NCBI GenBank assembly: GCA_043778225.1
Contig: JAYWGM010000070.1
Span: forward strand, 15,831-79,830
Direction: 5' to 3'
Source: Deinococcales bacterium
GTDB lineage: Bacteria > Deinococcota > Deinococci > Deinococcales > JAAFIG01
Length of the DNA: 64,000 bases
A program made the translations under genes and the position numbers. Below the pieces are notes generated by a model that was not told the origin of the DNA, did no database searches, and was given only the letters and a program-made list of their open reading frames with translations. Positions 30,047-40,110 of the stretch are shown here, piece by piece; the first letter of the stretch is position 1; each line of letters opens with the position of its first letter.

Positions 30047-31078
30047 TTAAAAAATCAATAGAAAGGATGTGGTGAGTGACTCGTTATTGGTTGTGAAGTT
30101 AAGATTAGCACGAATAAATACACCTTCAGGAACTGGTGGCTCAAAAGCCAATTTGATACAACCTGCACCTTGGGTTGAGTTGAAAATACCATTAAATGCA
30201 CCTTTGAGAGCAAGAGGTGTTCCAGCAAATGAGTATGTTCCGCCTGTTCCTGATGAAACTTTAAGCATATCAGCGTTTGTGATTGCTAAGCCAACCATAT
30301 GAACTTTGATACCATTGGCTTTAGCTAAAGCAATGACTTCAGTAGGTGTTTTCATGCTCGAATTATCTTCACCATCAGTGAGTACAATTGCCATCTTGTT
30401 TGGTGCTGTTTGTGTCATGGCAAGCTTGACAGAATCATAAGCTGCATCCCAGAGATTAGTACCACCATTTTCGGAAGTGGCGTTATCAATAGCAGTCCCT
30501 AGTAAAATTTTATCTGATGAAAAATCCTGCCACAGTTTCAGGGCAAGATTAGGGGATGTCGCAGGAAAGTCGCCTCCGCTTGAAAATGAACCAATAAGTG
30601 CAGTATCGGATACACTCATACGATTTACGAAAAGTTTACTGGCAGCATTACGACTGGTTTGGGTTTTGTTGCTATTAGGAATTGGATCATTGGTTGACAT
30701 TGAACCAGTCGCATCTAATGCGATGACTGCAGCAATCGCTCCACTCGAAATACCCGAAATAGAACCACACGTAGTAGCTGTGACTTTAGTTGGTTTATAG
30801 GCAGTTCCTCCAACTATGTTATTAGAAACAGTAAATGGGTATACAGAACCTAGTGGCACATTCGGGTTGAGCAATACAGCATTTTCCAATAAATTGCCAT
30901 CTGGTTTCACTGCACTGACACTCAAATTAACTTGTTGCGCCACACTAGCAGAATCAAGATTAAAACCATTAACAATACCAATTAATTTAAGTGGTTCTGG
31001 CTTTGGTTCAGTCGAAGTACAAGCAGTTAGCGCGAATGTTACAATTCCAAACACAACACCAATTCTCAGTTTATTCAT
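30047..31078 (-). CDS. von Willebrand factor A domain lipoprotein
   Basis: Lipobox LTAC; LDATGSM (MIDAS-like), GGTNLWDA, VLTDGEDN; AT-richer and CTCGAG-free. Confidence 0.8.
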   Translation of the reverse strand: MNKLRIGVVFGIVTFALTACTSTEPKPEPLKLIGIVNGFNLDSASVAQQVNLSVSAVKPDGNLLENAVLLNPNVPLGSVYPFTVSNNIVGGTAYKPTKVTATTCGSISGISSGAIAAVIALDATGSMSTNDPIPNSNKTQTSRNAASKLFVNRMSVSDTALIGSFSSGGDFPATSPNLALKLWQDFSSDKILLGTAIDNATSENGGTNLWDAAYDSVKLAMTQTAPNKMAIVLTDGEDNSSMKTPTEVIALAKANGIKVHMVGLAITNADMLKVSSGTGGTYSFAGTPLALKGAFNGIFNSTQGAGCIKLAFEPPVPEGVFIRANLNFTTNNESLTTSFLLIF

Positions 31079-31199
31079 TTTGTTCTCCTCACTAATTTTG
31101 CCTATTAGGGCACGTCTGTAGTATATCTTAATAAATTACAAATCTGTGGTCAATTCCCGCACACTATTGCTTACATTTTATAGCTATAGTTACAGCATA

Positions 31200-31889
31200 G
31201 TGAATATCCTCGCAATCTTTGCCCATCCCGATGACGAAATCAGTTGCCTTGGCGCACTTGCTAAACACGCGGCTCGAGGCGACCATGTAAAACTGGTCTG
31301 GACAACTTACGGCGAACTGGCTTCGCAATTTGGCAATACACCAGCCGCCCAAGTCCAAGCCACTCGAGAATCCCATGGACGTTTTGTGGCACAAACAATT
31401 GGTGCAAGTTATCAGTTTTTTGATATGGGCGATTCAAAAATGCTTGGTTCTCGAGAAGAAGCGCTGGCATTGGCACGTTTGTATGCTGAGTTTAAGCCAG
31501 ATGCAATCATCACTTGGGATGACTTTAACCGTCATCCAGACCACCGCGCCACCGCAAAAATTGCTTTTGATGCCCTGACCTTTGTGCGGATTCCCAAAAT
31601 CTTAAACGAAGGGCGTACCGACACACTCGAGCCACACCGAGCAGCGATTACTTTTTATCAGTATGTCTGTTCAGATTCTAACCGCCCTGTGGTTCATGTG
31701 GACATCAGCCATACTTTCGATATTGCCTTAAAAATTCGTGATTACTACGCCGAGTTTTACAAATGGACATGGAGCAGCGACGATTTTAGGTCGTCTCGAG
31801 CCACTTGGGGGCAAGCCGTTGGAGTCAAATACGCTGAGCGCTTTACAATTCAACGCTCAGTCCATCCACCACTCGAGTATCTGGTCTAA
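31200..31889 (+). CDS. PIG-L/LmbE family deacetylase
   Basis: FAHPDDE and RHPDH motifs. Confidence 0.88.
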   Translation: MNILAIFAHPDDEISCLGALAKHAARGDHVKLVWTTYGELASQFGNTPAAQVQATRESHGRFVAQTIGASYQFFDMGDSKMLGSREEALALARLYAEFKPDAIITWDDFNRHPDHRATAKIAFDALTFVRIPKILNEGRTDTLEPHRAAITFYQYVCSDSNRPVVHVDISHTFDIALKIRDYYAEFYKWTWSSDDFRSSRATWGQAVGVKYAERFTIQRSVHPPLEYLV

Positions 31890-32038
31890 ACGAGTCTGGT
31901 CTCGAGTACAAAAATTACTTGTTTCTTGTCAAGGACGGTCTAGGTCTTGATTTTAATGTCTCGTGTCTCGAGTCGGGTGACAACTTTAGCTCAGAAAGTT
32001 CACAGGCAATCGGCTACTGGCTTTGCTATGGTCTGGCG

Positions 32039-32638
32039 ATGTTGCTTAAACGCCTATTGATTGCTGCTTTGCTTTGCTCGAGTGCGGCGGTTGCCAAGAC
32101 CTATACTGTTCAATCTGGCGATACACTTTATCGTATTGCACAAAAAAACAGCCTTAGCACCACGCGGCTCTTGATGCTTAATCCGGGCATTCAAGAAAAT
32201 CTGCGAATTGGGCAGCAAATCAATTTGGGTGGTGTAGCCAGTCGTTCTACAATCAGCAGTAGTCGCTCAAGCAGCAGTGTCGTGCGTGTGGCATTCGCCA
32301 AAATTGGGGCAAATTACCGTTGGGGTGCAAGTGGACCTTATAGTTTTGATTGCAGTGGTTTTAGCAGCTATGTGATGAAGCAAATGGGTGTAACCTTGCC
32401 ACGCTCGAGCCGCGCTCAGTTTAATGGTGGTCGGGCAGTCTCGAGAAATGGCTTATTGCCTGGCGATTTGGTCTTTTTTCAAGGATTCAATGGACGCGGT
32501 GGAGTTGGACACGTTGGTGTGTATATTGGCAACAATAAAATGGTTCATGCCAGCACCCCAAGCACAGGTGTGATTATCTCGAGTTTATCGGAACGCTACT
32601 ACCTCAGTCGTTACCTTGGGGCGCGTCGGTACTTATAA
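32039..32638 (+). CDS. LysM + NlpC/P60 cell-wall peptidase
   Basis: YTVQSGDTLYRIA, FDCSG, PGDLVFF, HVGVY, VHAS. Confidence 0.92.
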   Translation: MLLKRLLIAALLCSSAAVAKTYTVQSGDTLYRIAQKNSLSTTRLLMLNPGIQENLRIGQQINLGGVASRSTISSSRSSSSVVRVAFAKIGANYRWGASGPYSFDCSGFSSYVMKQMGVTLPRSSRAQFNGGRAVSRNGLLPGDLVFFQGFNGRGGVGHVGVYIGNNKMVHASTPSTGVIISSLSERYYLSRYLGARRYL

Positions 32639-32709
32639 ATAACCTGTCAAAAACAGGGTTCTAGCCCCATTTCGCGGCATCATTTTGTTTTGGTGCTAGA
32701 CTGTAGAAT

Positions 32710-33945
32710 ATGAAAGCTAAGTTACATAATTGGCACGCTGGGGTTCTCAGTTTTTTTTTACTCGCAGGCTTGGTGGCTTGTCCCACACCTGTTGAGCCTG
32801 TTGTGCTTCCCCCTGACAACGATGGTATCCCAGACAGTGCGGAAATGCCGGGCAGTACCTTTGCTGGCTTAGATTTATACGCTCTGGGCGCTCGAGTTGG
32901 TCAGCGCGACATTTTCTTAGAAATTGACCATATGGATTCAAGCGAAGCTGGCTTAAATCCACAAAAAGCTGCCTTCGATAAAATTGTGGCGGCTTTTGCA
33001 GCAAAAAACATTGTGCTGCACATTGATGCGGGTAATGTGTTTAGTGCTGGTTTTGACCCAAGCAATTACAACCTTGGCAATACTGACCGCTTATTGCCCT
33101 ACAATTCACGTATCGCTTTAACCCCTCAAGCTGGATATGCCAGTGTTCAAGAACTCAAAAGCCAAAATTTTGATCCCAAACGCAATCAAATTTTTTACTA
33201 CATGGTGATGGGGAGTTCTCAAAACAGCGATGGTTCGGCTGGCTCGAGTGGAAGAGCCGAGATTCTGGGTAATGACGGCATGGTGACTTTTGGTAACTGG
33301 GCATTAAATAAATCCTCAGAGACTAAAATCAATCAATTGAACAACATCGTGGCAAGCACAATCATGCACGAATTTGGGCACAACCTTGGATTACGCCACG
33401 GCGGGAACGAAAACAAAAACTATAAGACCAATTACGTCAGCATCATGAACTATATGTACCAACTTGATTGCATTGGACCAAGCAGTGGGCAAGGGGTGGC
33501 TGACCGTTATTTTCGCAATTTCAATTCGGTCAAGTACCCAGAAAGCAGCTTGGTCAACAATGCCAGAAGTGCTGGTTGTGCAATCGACTTTTCAAATGGA
33601 AGCTCGAGTACCTTAAATGAAGAAACACTCAATGAAAATGCTGGTATGGGACGAGGGGCTGTTTTTGTAGATTGGAATGACAATGGTACAGTTCAGAATA
33701 GTCTAAGCCTAAACTTAAATCCGCAACCGGTAAACCAAGGCGGCGACACCATTAAAGATACCCACGCCGACCACGATGATTGGACAAATATCCGTCTGGG
33801 CTTTGCAAATCTCGAGGCAGTCGACATACGCCAACTCAGTACCCAACAATTACAAAAACCATTATCGAATCTCAATCAAGAGGTCTCGGACGAAATACCG
33901 CCAAGTCCTGAATACTTTTTGAATTTACACCAAGAGACAAAATGA
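32710..33945 (+). CDS. Lipoprotein zinc metalloprotease (metzincin-type)
   Basis: Lipobox LVAC; HEFGHNLGLRH zinc motif; SIMNY Met-turn. Confidence 0.75.
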   Translation: MKAKLHNWHAGVLSFFLLAGLVACPTPVEPVVLPPDNDGIPDSAEMPGSTFAGLDLYALGARVGQRDIFLEIDHMDSSEAGLNPQKAAFDKIVAAFAAKNIVLHIDAGNVFSAGFDPSNYNLGNTDRLLPYNSRIALTPQAGYASVQELKSQNFDPKRNQIFYYMVMGSSQNSDGSAGSSGRAEILGNDGMVTFGNWALNKSSETKINQLNNIVASTIMHEFGHNLGLRHGGNENKNYKTNYVSIMNYMYQLDCIGPSSGQGVADRYFRNFNSVKYPESSLVNNARSAGCAIDFSNGSSSTLNEETLNENAGMGRGAVFVDWNDNGTVQNSLSLNLNPQPVNQGGDTIKDTHADHDDWTNIRLGFANLEAVDIRQLSTQQLQKPLSNLNQEVSDEIPPSPEYFLNLHQETK

Positions 33946-34532
33946 AGTACATCTCAGCCCTACTGCTGTTTTCGGCGTTGGCGTTAGCGCAACGCGACAC
34001 CATAGGGCAAAGTATGGTAGTGCGTGGTGTAGATTCCGAGCCAACCAGAAGCCAAGTCAAAAGTATGCGGCTCGAGCAGCAGACCATGACCCTCGAGACC
34101 AACACAGGGCAAATCAGCATTATTGGCTACCCTGTTTGGCTTGAGCGGCAACAACTGGCGGGGACATCCTTGGTCAGCGATTCTTGGTTGCGCCCAGATG
34201 GTCCCGAAACTCGTTTAGAGTTTGCACGGACGTACTCGCCTTTTTTGATTCTTGGTTCACATACCAGTCCAAATTCTGGATTGCTCGGTGGTTGGCGATT
34301 CACCAGCCGCATTGCCGAAAAAACCGCCTTTGTGCAGTTGCTCGAGAAAACCACCGCCCTGCCACTCGAGCGCAATGTGTTGATTAAACAGGGTCTCCTG
34401 CTCTGGTGTGTGCGCCTAGCAGCCCTACACCTGCCACAAGCCACTCAACCCAATGTTTCCAACGAAGCCGAGACTCCGCGTTTTGACTGGGCAGCCCTGC
34501 GGGTTGGTAAAGCCAGCCTGTGCCATAATTAA
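33942..34532 (+). CDS. Hypothetical secreted protein
   Basis: Signal peptide; ATGA overlap with upstream protease. Confidence 0.6.
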   Translation: MKYISALLLFSALALAQRDTIGQSMVVRGVDSEPTRSQVKSMRLEQQTMTLETNTGQISIIGYPVWLERQQLAGTSLVSDSWLRPDGPETRLEFARTYSPFLILGSHTSPNSGLLGGWRFTSRIAEKTAFVQLLEKTTALPLERNVLIKQGLLLWCVRLAALHLPQATQPNVSNEAETPRFDWAALRVGKASLCHN

Positions 34533-34536
34533 GGAT

Positions 34537-35349
34537 ATGAAGCTCGAGACCTACCTCAATCGAATTGCTTACACGGGCGCTCGAGAACCGACGCTGACGG
34601 TTTTGAATGCCTTGCAGGAAGCTCATTTAAGTGCCATTCCCTACGAGAATCTCGATATTCACCTTGGGCGACCTGTGCTGTTAGACCAATCTCGAGCCTA
34701 CGAAAAAATCGTACTGCAAAAACGCGGTGGCTGGTGCTACGAAATGAACGTACTTTTTGCATGGGCATTGCGAGAAATTGGCTTTGAAGTCCAGTACCTT
34801 TCTTCGGGGGTTTTGCGCCCCAATGGACAAACCCCAGATGGCGACCACCTGATTTTATTGGTCAATCAGGCATACCTTGCCGATGTCGGTTTTGGCGATG
34901 GGGCGATTTGTGCTTTGCCAATCCTTCAAGGCACATACCAAGCTGGTTTTCTCGAGTACCGCATCAGCCTAGAAGACAATTGGACAATGCACAACCCAAC
35001 CCAAAGCAACACGGCTGGGTTTGTTTTTTCGCTCGAGCCTCGGAAACTCGAGTTTTTCCAAGAGCGCTGCACCGATTTACAAACCAGCCCAGACAGTGGT
35101 TTTGTTCGCACCACTGTTTGTCAGCGCATAACTCAAGAAGCGCTGTATACTCTGCGTGGTGCGGTGCTGACCATACTGACCAAGACAGGTGAAAGCCGAC
35201 GCACCGTTGAGAATCTTGAGGATTACCAAAAAGTGCTGCTTGAGCATTTTAAGCTCGAACTGCTTCAAGCACCTGTGCTGTGGGAAAAAATCTGGACACG
35301 ACACCTCGAATTTCAAGCAACTCGAGCTTTGTCTACGAGTGCAACTTGA
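34537..35349 (+). CDS. Arylamine N-acetyltransferase
   Basis: IPYENL, RGGWCYE, DHL, ADVGFG (Cys-His-Asp triad). Confidence 0.92.
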   Translation: MKLETYLNRIAYTGAREPTLTVLNALQEAHLSAIPYENLDIHLGRPVLLDQSRAYEKIVLQKRGGWCYEMNVLFAWALREIGFEVQYLSSGVLRPNGQTPDGDHLILLVNQAYLADVGFGDGAICALPILQGTYQAGFLEYRISLEDNWTMHNPTQSNTAGFVFSLEPRKLEFFQERCTDLQTSPDSGFVRTTVCQRITQEALYTLRGAVLTILTKTGESRRTVENLEDYQKVLLEHFKLELLQAPVLWEKIWTRHLEFQATRALSTSAT

Positions 35350-35382
35350 TTATTCTATCGTTGGCGCTTTAGACTCCTAAAT

Positions 35383-36138
35383 ATGGAATGGATTTCAGAC
35401 CCCGCCGCTTGGACGGCTCTTTTAACACTGACTGCTTTAGAAATTGTGCTTGGCGTGGATAACGTCATTTTTATCAGTATCTTGGCTGCCAAGTTACCGC
35501 AAGAACAACAAGCCAAAGCTCGCCAAACTGGTTTATTGATGGCGGGTGGAATGCGAATTTTATTCTTATTTTCGATTTCCTTAATTTTACAACTCAAATC
35601 GGATTTATTTACTGTATTGGGGCAAGGTATTTCAGGTAAAGACCTGATTTTGCTGGCGGGAGGCTTGTTTTTACTTTACAAAGCCACCAAAGAAATTCAC
35701 GATAAACTCGAGGGCGAACACGGCGAAGTCTCGAGTCGGGTAGCACCGACTTTTGCAGCCGTGATTGGTCAGGTTTTAATTCTCGATTTGGTTTTTAGTA
35801 TTGACAGTGTGATTACTGCTGTTGGCATGACCACAATCGTGCCAGTCATGGTGATTGCCGTTTTGGTTTCGGTCGGGATTATGCTTTTTGCTTCTGGTGG
35901 CATTTTTAACTTTGTCAATCAGCACCCCAGTGTCAAGATTCTTGCGTTGTCATTTTTACTTTTAATTGGTTTTACCCTGATTGCTGAAGCATTTGAAGTC
36001 AAGATTCCTAAAGGTTATGTTTACTTCGCCATGGGCTTCTCGGTGATGGTTGAATTCCTCAACATTCGTGCCAGTACCCGTAAAGCCAAGCCGGTCGAAC
36101 TGCATCAGCCAATCGTTGCAGAAAATCCCAAGGCTTAG
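35383..36138 (+). CDS. TerC family membrane protein
   Basis: LEIVLGVDN, DLVFSIDSVITAVG, KGYVYFAMGFS. Confidence 0.93.
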   Translation: MEWISDPAAWTALLTLTALEIVLGVDNVIFISILAAKLPQEQQAKARQTGLLMAGGMRILFLFSISLILQLKSDLFTVLGQGISGKDLILLAGGLFLLYKATKEIHDKLEGEHGEVSSRVAPTFAAVIGQVLILDLVFSIDSVITAVGMTTIVPVMVIAVLVSVGIMLFASGGIFNFVNQHPSVKILALSFLLLIGFTLIAEAFEVKIPKGYVYFAMGFSVMVEFLNIRASTRKAKPVELHQPIVAENPKA

Positions 36139-36176
36139 CTGGCTGTTGGCTCACAGAAGAAAGGTGCGGAATAAGT

Positions 36177-36353
36177 TCACAGATTGTCCTCGCGTTTGTC
36201 TCGTAATTCTCGGATACCCGTGCTGACCAGTTTCCTGTTGCGTGGAATAGTGGTTGGTAGGTGCGGCTCGAATTTTTGCATGGCTGGGTATGGAATTACT
36301 TTTTTAGGCTCGAGTCTGATTAACTGCCCAATAATCTCGTCTAAACTCGAGTC
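36177..36353 (-). pseudogene. Possible remnant of a small antitoxin-like gene interrupted by the adjacent TIR element
   Basis: Reads DSSLDEIIGQL...GIRELRDKREDNL*; upstream part consists of element sequence. Confidence 0.3.
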
Positions 36354-36368
36354 ATACCGAATTAACTT

Positions 36369-36489
36369 ATACCAAGTTAAGCTAATCAGTCTCGTATGAT
36401 TCATCTCGATGAGAATATATTTGCTTGACTGACGCATTCGTAAAATTCATGAAAGATTTTTAAGTGAAACGTACACCTTAACTTGGTAT
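36369..36489. mobile_element. 121-bp MITE-like element with 13-bp perfect terminal inverted repeats
   Basis: ATACCAAGTTAAG (36369-36381) / CTTAACTTGGTAT (36477-36489); directly preceded by a related end ATACCGAATTAACTT (36354-36368). Confidence 0.7.
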
Positions 36490-36627
36490 GAGTGCTTTTG
36501 ATTTTCAGGTTGAAATTGGTTGGATGGATTATGGTTTTTCGCTTCAAGGGATTGTGGGTTTAGACTTTTTGTTGAAAACCCGTGCAGTGATTGATCTTGC
36601 AGATTTGGAATTGCGGTCTGTCTCGAG

Positions 36628-38922
36628 CTAAACCCTTATATTGGCTATAGTCACGCCATGCCCGCCTTCGTTGGGGTTGGCATCGCTGTAACTCGAGACA
36701 CGCTTGTCGGTTTTTAGGTAATCCCGCACCACACGCCGCAGTATTCCTTCGCCCTTGCCGTGCAAAATCCTGATTTGTCCTTCGCGCAGGGCTTGGGCTT
36801 CTGAAATAAAATTGCGAACTTCTTCAATCGCTTCTTCAACATGAGCGCCGCGTAAATTCAATTCTTTGGTGAAACTCGAGGGAGAGATATAAACCCCGCC
36901 ACTGGCAGCCTTGACGGTTACACCTGTTGGGTTTTTGAGGCGCACATCGCGGCGCTTCAAAGTTACTTTTAAGAGCCCCATCTGTACCAGCACATCGTCG
37001 CCGCGCAACTCGAGAATTTTGCCATTTGTGCCGTAACTCGGCACTTCGACGCTTGCGCCGGCTTTTAAGGCTTCTGGTTCGCGTTGCACCGCACTCATTT
37101 GTGGGCGTTCAGCTTGGGCAGCCGCCCTGAGGTCGCGCAGTTCCTGCATCACTTTGGGGCGTTCGGTTTGTAAGTCGTTTTGGGTGCGGTTTTTAAGTTG
37201 CCGTACTTGCTCGATGGCACTGCGGTAAACGCTATCGGCTTTGGCTTGGGCATCGGTCAGAAACTGATTCTTTTGCTGTTCTAAACTCTCGAGTTTCTGG
37301 CGTAAGTCTTTTTGTTCGCGTTCGGCATTTTCTTTGGCAACTCGAGCCGCAGCAGCATCGGTCTCGAGGTTCTTGCGTTCTATTTCAAGGGCTTCGAGTA
37401 ACTTTTCGACTTGCAGTCCTTCTGGTCCTAAAATCGTTTCGCCTCTGGTCACGACGCTGTTTGGAAATCCCAAGCGCCGCGCAATTGCCAAGGCATACGA
37501 GCGTCCGGGTGCGCCGATGCTTAATTTATAAGTCGGGCGAAGATTCTCAACATCAAAGCTCATGCTGGCATTGACCACATCTTGGCGTTCGGAAGCAAAG
37601 ATTTTTAGGGGCGTGAGGTGGCTTGTGATAATCCCCCTTGCGCCTTGGGTTAAAAGCTGTTCTATCATCGCTTGAGAAAGTGCTGCGCCTTCGGCAGGGT
37701 CTGTGCCGCTTCCTAGCTCGTCAATTAAAACGAGCGTGCCAGATTTGGCTCGCTCGAGAATTGTGGCTAGGTTTTTCAGGTGGGCGGCAAAGGTGCTTAG
37801 GCTCTCGAGTAAGTTCTGACCATCGCCAATATCGCACAGGATTTCTTCAACAATCGGTAATTTGGCGCTGTAGGCTTTGACAAATAAGCCGCTTTGGTGC
37901 ATCGCAATTGCTAAGCCCAAACTTTTTAGGGTTACGGTTTTACCGCCCATGTTTGGACCAGTTATTAAAAGTAAGCGTCGCCTCGAGTCAAGGCGAAACG
38001 AATTGGGGATACAATCTGTAATTAAAGGGTGGCGAATATCGATAACTTCAAAGTCGCCTTCTGGGCTGACATCGGGGCGGGTTAAATCCCATTCTTTACA
38101 CAAAGCAGCTTTGGCAGCAATCAAATCGAGTTCGGCAATCGCCCGCAAGGTTTCCCACAAGCCCGGTTCGTCGGCAACCATACGGGTAAGCTCGAGCAAA
38201 ATTCGGGCGACTTCTTGTTCTTCTTCGATGACTGTGCGGGCAAGTTCGTTATTCAGTGGCACAACACTGGCGGGTTCGATAAAGACCGTTTGTTGGCTGG
38301 CGCTCGAGTCCACGACAATCCCGGGGACTTGATTTTCAAAACTCGAGCGGACTGGAATCACGTATCTATCGCGGCGAATGGTGATGATTTTGTCTTGCAG
38401 GTATTCGCCGTTTCTTTCCATGATGCGCGTTAAACTGTCGCGGATTTGGCTGCGAAGCGGTTCGATACGGCGGCGCAGTTGCCTGAGTTTTGGGCTGGCA
38501 TCGTCGCGCACTGTACCATCACGGTTGAGTTTCTCGAGAACACTGCGGGTTAAAATCGTGTGCTGACCGATGCGTTCGGCAACGTGCATCAATGGACCAA
38601 CACTATGCTGACCGATGCTGCGCCGCAAGGTCATGGCAGCCTCGAGCGTATACGCCACATCGAGTAATTCTGGCGCGGCGACCAATTGTCCTTGGTTGAG
38701 TTTACTCAGCACCCCACGCACATCGGTAATCCCGCCAAGGTGTAAACTCGAGCCAATCAGGGCATCCTCGAGTTGTTCAATCATGGTGCGAATCTGGTAG
38801 GCATCAGAAGTTGGCATTAAAGCCAAAGCCAGTTCGCGTCCCATGGTGGTACTCGAGCGTTCCGCAATCGCTTGGCGAATCGGCTGAAACTCTAGAACTT
38901 CTAAGGCTCGGTTGGTTATCAC
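36628..38922 (-). CDS. mutS2: MutS2 family protein (with C-terminal Smr domain)
   Basis: ITGPNMGGKT, STFAAH, IDELGSGTDP, LNLRG, ILHGKGEG, EGGHGVT. Confidence 0.95.
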   Translation of the reverse strand: MITNRALEVLEFQPIRQAIAERSSTTMGRELALALMPTSDAYQIRTMIEQLEDALIGSSLHLGGITDVRGVLSKLNQGQLVAAPELLDVAYTLEAAMTLRRSIGQHSVGPLMHVAERIGQHTILTRSVLEKLNRDGTVRDDASPKLRQLRRRIEPLRSQIRDSLTRIMERNGEYLQDKIITIRRDRYVIPVRSSFENQVPGIVVDSSASQQTVFIEPASVVPLNNELARTVIEEEQEVARILLELTRMVADEPGLWETLRAIAELDLIAAKAALCKEWDLTRPDVSPEGDFEVIDIRHPLITDCIPNSFRLDSRRRLLLITGPNMGGKTVTLKSLGLAIAMHQSGLFVKAYSAKLPIVEEILCDIGDGQNLLESLSTFAAHLKNLATILERAKSGTLVLIDELGSGTDPAEGAALSQAMIEQLLTQGARGIITSHLTPLKIFASERQDVVNASMSFDVENLRPTYKLSIGAPGRSYALAIARRLGFPNSVVTRGETILGPEGLQVEKLLEALEIERKNLETDAAAARVAKENAEREQKDLRQKLESLEQQKNQFLTDAQAKADSVYRSAIEQVRQLKNRTQNDLQTERPKVMQELRDLRAAAQAERPQMSAVQREPEALKAGASVEVPSYGTNGKILELRGDDVLVQMGLLKVTLKRRDVRLKNPTGVTVKAASGGVYISPSSFTKELNLRGAHVEEAIEEVRNFISEAQALREGQIRILHGKGEGILRRVVRDYLKTDKRVSSYSDANPNEGGHGVTIANIRV

Positions 38923-39118
38923 AAATACTCCACTCGAGATGAAAATAACATCTCAGCCGAGGATTATAAATCCCATACCCACAAAAAGAATGCGCGTAAC
39001 GGCGTAGTTTGTATTCTCATTATGGCGTAGGTCAAACGGAGTAGTTAAAATCTTGTTTTGGCGAATTTAAGTACGTTTTGTTTGTTGCATTTATTTCGAT
39101 GAAATTCTATCATCAGGC

Positions 39119-39559
39119 ATGATTGCTGCTTTGCACATCCCAAGTCCGTCAGATAGCCAAATCGCTCAGGATTCCCAAGCGGTCTTAGCCAAGCACAGAA
39201 CTAAAAATCTTGAATTGCAAGTGGTAGGTTCAAGCGATAAACTAACGCTTTCGGTGGCTGCAACAAATTTACTCGAGCAGATTCTACAAGAAATGGCAGG
39301 TGGTCGGGCGGTCAAACTCACCAGCCTCGAAGCCGAATTAACCAGTCAGCAAGCTGCCGATTTGCTTTTTGTTTCAAGACCCTATTTCATTAAACTTCTC
39401 GAGCGTGGCACAATCCCTTTTCGTAAAGTCGGTAAGCATCGGCGGATACAATTAGCCGATGTGATTCACTATAAGCAGCAAACTGATTCATTGCGGCTTG
39501 AGGTATTGCGTGAACTGTCCGCCCAAGCTCAGGAACTCGGAATGGGTTATGAACTGTGA
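39119..39559 (+). CDS. Excisionase-like HTH protein, probable antitoxin
   Basis: ELTSQQAADLL.VSRPY.IKLLE.G.IPFRKVGKHRRI. Confidence 0.85.
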   Translation: MIAALHIPSPSDSQIAQDSQAVLAKHRTKNLELQVVGSSDKLTLSVAATNLLEQILQEMAGGRAVKLTSLEAELTSQQAADLLFVSRPYFIKLLERGTIPFRKVGKHRRIQLADVIHYKQQTDSLRLEVLRELSAQAQELGMGYEL

Positions 39560-40110
39560 TTGTGTTGCTGGATGCGAGTGTCTTATATCCTGCTCCATTG
39601 CGTGATTTATGGATGAATTTGGCATTGCTTGATGTGATACAAGCACGTTGGACAAGCGAAATTCATACCGAATGGATTCGTAATGTCCTCAAGAATCGTC
39701 CTGATTTAACACGCAGTCAACTCGAGCGCACCCAAACCCTGATGGATTTTCATGTGCGTGACGCATTGGTAACGGGGTACGAACATCTGCAAACTGGATT
39801 GCAGTTACCAGACCCAAATGATTGCCATGTTTTAGCGGCTGCAATTCAGGCTCGAGCCAAACTGCTTGTGACCAGTAATCTAAAGCATTTTCCAAATGAT
39901 TACTTGGTGTCATTTTCGGTTATGGCATGGCATCCGAATCAATTGGTTTTGTATTTACTTAAAACCAATCCAACTGGTTTATTGGCGGGATTACGCCAAC
40001 AACGTGCTACTCTGCGTAACCCACCCATCACTACCTTGCAAATGCTGAAAATGCTGACAAAAGTTGGTTTAGTAGACAGTGCAACCGCACTCGGGGAATT
40101 CGATTTCTAA
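39556..40110 (+). CDS. PIN-domain protein, probable toxin
   Basis: VLLDASVLYPAPLRD, LPDPNDCHVLAAA, VTSNLKHFP; GTGA overlap. Confidence 0.85.
   Translation: MIVLLDASVLYPAPLRDLWMNLALLDVIQARWTSEIHTEWIRNVLKNRPDLTRSQLERTQTLMDFHVRDALVTGYEHLQTGLQLPDPNDCHVLAAAIQARAKLLVTSNLKHFPNDYLVSFSVMAWHPNQLVLYLLKTNPTGLLAGLRQQRATLRNPPITTLQMLKMLTKVGLVDSATALGEFDF

Noticed and set aside
38990..39031. Deinococcus radiation/desiccation response motif upstream of mutS2
   Set aside because: Two GGCGTAG half-sites but poor left halves; not supportable without a matrix scan
39119..39559. Prophage or integrative element suggested by the excisionase-like gene
   Set aside because: No integrase, att repeats or phage genes; it pairs with a PIN gene
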